Below the pieces are notes generated by a model. It was not told the DNA's origin. It saw only the letters and a list, made by a program, of their open reading frames with translations, and did not search any database. This document shows positions 61,042 to 64,000 of a stretch of DNA of 64,000 nt, piece after piece (positions within the stretch are counted from its first letter, which is position 1; every line of letters begins with the position of its first letter). Source of the DNA: Candidatus Kapaibacterium sp. (GTDB lineage: Bacteria > Bacteroidota > Ignavibacteria > Kapaibacteriales > UBA2268). The stretch covers positions 2,432,001-2,496,000 of the forward strand of contig OY762428.1 of the NCBI GenBank assembly GCA_963665665.1. Direction: 5' to 3'. A program made the translations under genes and the position numbers.

Positions 61042-61114
61042 AGGGGCGTAGCTCAATTGGCAGAGCGACGGTCTCCAAAACCGTAGGCTGCGGGTTCGAT
61101 TCCTGCCGCCCCTG
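61042..61114 (+). tRNA. tRNA-Trp(CCA)
   Basis: AGGGGCG acceptor, acggt-ctccaaa-accgt. Confidence 0.95.
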
Positions 61115-61155
61115 CAACTAAATTTAATTTATATATAGCTGGCAGAGCATAAGTT

Positions 61156-61338
61156 ATGATAGCTAAAACAAAAGAGTTCTTAAATGAAGTAGTGGCCGAA
61201 ATGAAAAAGGTTTCATGGCCAACAAGGGAACAGTTAAAAGAATCAACAGGAGTTGTTATCGTGGTAACATTGATAATAACTTTTATTGTTTGGGTAATTG
61301 ATCAGTTCGCAACAATGGGTATTGAACAAATATTCTAA
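61156..61338 (+). CDS. secE: Preprotein translocase subunit SecE
   Basis: EMKKVSWPT + TM; position before nusG. Confidence 0.95.
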   Translation: MIAKTKEFLNEVVAEMKKVSWPTREQLKESTGVVIVVTLIITFIVWVIDQFATMGIEQIF

Positions 61339-61393
61339 TTCAATGGCCCTTCCCTTTTGCTTCGAATGTTTACTACGATATTGAAAGAATAAC

Positions 61394-61963
61394 ATGAATC
61401 CAAATCCGTACGCACAGGAAAGAAAACTTGAACCAAGATGGTATGCGGTTCGTACTTACACCGGGCACGAAGGCAAGGTACAGGCTTCCCTGGAGGCTGA
61501 AGTAAAAAGATTAGGCCTTGAGGACAGGGTTCTGGATATCGTTATCCCGCAGGAAACTGTTTTTGAAGTAAGAAACGGTAAAAGACGTACAAGAGTTAAA
61601 AACTTCTTTCCGGGATATTTAATGGTACATGTGATTCTCGACCGCAAAGTGCAGGATGTTATATCAAACCTCCCCGCAGTTGTGTCATTCGTTGGCCGCA
61701 GGAACGAACCGGTTCCGTTGCAGCAGCACGAAATAGAAAGAATACTCGGCAGGATTGAAGAAAGAAAATCCATTACAACTATCGAAACAACTTTCCAGGT
61801 TGGAGATCCGGTAAGGGTAATAGACGGGCCTTTTTCCAATTTTAATGGTACAGTGAAAGAAGTTAACAACGAGAAACAGAAACTTAAAGTTGAAGTGGGC
61901 ATCCTGGGCAGGAAAACTCCGGTTGAACTGGATTTCAGCCAGGTTGAAATGGAAAATCACTAA
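61394..61963 (+). CDS. nusG: Transcription antitermination factor NusG
   Basis: WYAVRTYTGHE, FPGYL, KOW DGPFSNFNG, GRKTPVELDF. Confidence 0.97.
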   Translation: MNPNPYAQERKLEPRWYAVRTYTGHEGKVQASLEAEVKRLGLEDRVLDIVIPQETVFEVRNGKRRTRVKNFFPGYLMVHVILDRKVQDVISNLPAVVSFVGRRNEPVPLQQHEIERILGRIEERKSITTIETTFQVGDPVRVIDGPFSNFNGTVKEVNNEKQKLKVEVGILGRKTPVELDFSQVEMENH

Positions 61964-62007
61964 AAAATAAAGATTTAAAAGTATTCACAATATAAAGAAT
62001 TGATAAA

Positions 62008-62436
62008 ATGGCAAAGAAAGTAGCAGGAACATTTAAGTTACAGCTAAAAGCAGGCCAGGCCTCAATGGCTCCTCCGGTTGGCCCGGCTTTCGGTCAGCGC
62101 GGACTTAACGGTATGGAATTCGTTAAGCAGTTCAATGCCCGTACACAAAAAGAAGGCGGAATGCTTCTTCCGGCACTTATTACCTTCTATACAGACAAAA
62201 CATTTACATTTATTGTAAAATCTCCACCCGCGTCAGTTCTTCTTAAAAAGGCTGCCGGTATTGATAGCGGTTCCCCTGAATCCAACAAAGTAAAAGTTGG
62301 CAAGGTAACACGTGCCCAGTGCGAGGAAATCGTTAAGATTAAACAAAACGATCTTAATTCTGCCTCGATGGAATCAGGTGTGGAAATGATAAAAGGTACT
62401 GCCAGGAGTCTGGGGCTCCTTTTCGTAGAGAAGTAA
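62008..62436 (+). CDS. rplK: 50S ribosomal protein L11
   Basis: APPVGPA, KSPPAS, GTARSLG. Confidence 0.97.
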   Translation: MAKKVAGTFKLQLKAGQASMAPPVGPAFGQRGLNGMEFVKQFNARTQKEGGMLLPALITFYTDKTFTFIVKSPPASVLLKKAAGIDSGSPESNKVKVGKVTRAQCEEIVKIKQNDLNSASMESGVEMIKGTARSLGLLFVEK

Positions 62437-62479
62437 TTTATTCCGAAAAGAAATTTTGAAATTAATTGAACGATAAGTC

Positions 62480-63181
62480 ATGAAAAAACATGGTAAAAGA
62501 TATCAGGCCCTGATCGAAAAGTATAATGTAAAAGATTCATTTGCTTTCGAAGAGGCTATAAAACTGGTAAAAACAAATGCTACAGCTAAATTCGACGAAT
62601 CTTTTGAAATTGCGATCAGGCTTGGCGTGGATCCGAGAAAAGCCGACCAGATGGTTCGCGGAACTGTCTCGCTTCCTCATGGTACCGGTAAAACAGTCAG
62701 AGTATTGGTACTCTGTAAATCTCCGAAAGATAAGGAAGCTCTTGATGCCGGTGCAGATCATGCCGGACTTGAAGAATATGTAGAAAAGATCAAAGGCGGA
62801 TGGGCGGATATAGATGTAGTTGTTGCCACTCCCGACGTAATGGCAGAAGTTGGTAAGCTTGGCAGGATTCTCGGCCCACGCGGCCTTATGCCGAATCCGA
62901 AAAGCGGTACTGTTACATTTGATGTTGCTCAGGCTGTTAAAGAAGTTAAAGCAGGTAAAATTGAATATCGCGTAGACAAAACAGCTAATATTCATGTGTC
63001 TGTCGGTAAATGCTCATTTGAAGCCGATAAACTGGCTGACAATCTCCAGACTTTTTATTCCAGCATCATCAAAGCCAAACCGTCAACTGCAAAGGGACGT
63101 TATGTGAAAAGCGTTTATTTCAGCTCTACAATGGGCCCGAGCGTTCATGTTAATGAGCAAACAATTGCAGTAAGTGAATAA
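62480..63181 (+). CDS. rplA: 50S ribosomal protein L1
   Basis: [21 protein letters not shown]. Confidence 0.97.
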   Translation: MKKHGKRYQALIEKYNVKDSFAFEEAIKLVKTNATAKFDESFEIAIRLGVDPRKADQMVRGTVSLPHGTGKTVRVLVLCKSPKDKEALDAGADHAGLEEYVEKIKGGWADIDVVVATPDVMAEVGKLGRILGPRGLMPNPKSGTVTFDVAQAVKEVKAGKIEYRVDKTANIHVSVGKCSFEADKLADNLQTFYSSIIKAKPSTAKGRYVKSVYFSSTMGPSVHVNEQTIAVSE

Positions 63182-63199
63182 GGATATACGCACTCGTAT

Positions 63200-63250
63200 A
63201 AATTTTTAAAGGCAAAGCTTCTACCGCCAAGGCGGTTTGCCGAAAATGTT
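63200..63250 (+). promoter_or_regulatory. Possible L10 leader hairpin
   Basis: ggcaaa...ccgcc-aa-ggcgg-tttgcc stem upstream of rplJ; assigned mainly by position. Confidence 0.4.
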
Positions 63251-63275
63251 ATAATTATAAATCGGACCAGGTGTT

Positions 63276-63800
63276 ATGGTTACAAGAGAACAAAAAGTTC
63301 AAATCGTAAAAGAACTGGTTGAAAAACTGGCAGATACTCAGGGTATTTATATTGTCGATTACGAGGGTATAACAGTAGAGCAGGCTGTTGAACTCAGAAG
63401 CCTTTTTCGTGAAAAAGGAATTGAGTACAAAGTAGCTAAAAATACTCTCATAAAAAGAGCCTTGAAAGAAGACGGGAAATTCGAATTCCCTGACGAACAG
63501 CTCAAAGGCATGTCAGCTCTTATATTGGGCAAAGACGACCCTGTAGCACCAGCTAAAGTTTTGCAGGAATTCTTCAAGAAGAATGATCTTCCAAAACTTA
63601 AAGGTGCAATTATCGATGGCCAGAAATTTGACGGTTCGCAGCTTAAAGCTCTCGCGGCATTGCCGACAAGAGACGATATGATGGCAGCTATTGTAGGCAG
63701 CCTTGGCGCACCCGCATCGGGTATTGTCGGCTCCATCAATGCAGTTATCCGCGACCTTGCATACCTCGTTGAAGAGGTACATAAGGAAAAAGCAGCTTAA
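63276..63800 (+). CDS. rplJ: 50S ribosomal protein L10
   Basis: DYEGITV, YKVAKNTL, LAALPTR. Confidence 0.97.
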   Translation: MVTREQKVQIVKELVEKLADTQGIYIVDYEGITVEQAVELRSLFREKGIEYKVAKNTLIKRALKEDGKFEFPDEQLKGMSALILGKDDPVAPAKVLQEFFKKNDLPKLKGAIIDGQKFDGSQLKALAALPTRDDMMAAIVGSLGAPASGIVGSINAVIRDLAYLVEEVHKEKAA

Positions 63801-63848
63801 ATAATAAGAAAATAAAATATTTAAATTATAATGTATCAGGAGACTGAA

Positions 63849-64000
63849 ATGTCAGCAATAGTTGAAGAATTACTTGAGAAGATTTCCAATCTTACATTAA
63901 TGGAAGCATCAGAACTTAAAGAAGCCATGGAAGAAAAATTCGGCGTAAGCGCAGCAGCACCAGTAATGATGGCAGGCGGAATGCCGGCAGCCGGCGCAGA
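63849..64000 (+). CDS. rplL: 50S ribosomal protein L7/L12 (partial, runs off the window)
   Basis: [38 protein letters not shown]. Confidence 0.95.
   Translation, partial: MSAIVEELLEKISNLTLMEASELKEAMEEKFGVSAAAPVMMAGGMPAAGA

Noticed and set aside
60856-61056. 66-aa minus-strand ORF
   Set aside because: Antisense to tRNA genes

Overview
Chromosomal window from a Bacteroidota/Chlorobiota-lineage bacterium. T9SS C-terminal domains, TAnnTTTG promoters and the large secreted paralog families suggest an Ignavibacteria/Kapabacteria-like organism; this taxonomy is inference. From left to right it holds: a cassette-like AT-rich gene; an IS3 element with a truncated left end; an HD + Pycsar-effector fusion next to queE; a T9SS protein; a PP2C phosphatase and dapA. 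Next is a 23-kb block of three giant surface proteins: two paralogous cohesin-like/LamG/dockerin-like/T9SS proteins flanking a 3032-aa beta-helix/FN3/PPC protein that lacks a T9SS signal. Then come a GLUG protein, three secreted tail-fibre-like proteins with a shared N-terminal YQG domain plus an IPTL-CTERM protein, a nucleoid-associated protein, a methyltransferase, manC, a membrane-anchored reductive-dehalogenase-like protein, an intact IS4, three glycosyltransferases, rplS and an FtsI-like PBP. The window ends with tRNA-Tyr/Gly/Gly/Thr/Trp-secE-nusG-rplKAJL, with no tuf. Intergenic DNA is dense with several REP-like families. The strongest unexplained signals are (1) a repeated element of two divergently oriented 21-bp tandem arrays around a palindromic or extremely AT-rich core, present twice in inverted orientation, (2) the cohesin/dockerin-like surface triad and (3) the modular fibre + IPTL-CTERM operon. 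All domain calls come from motif recognition by eye; no searches were run.
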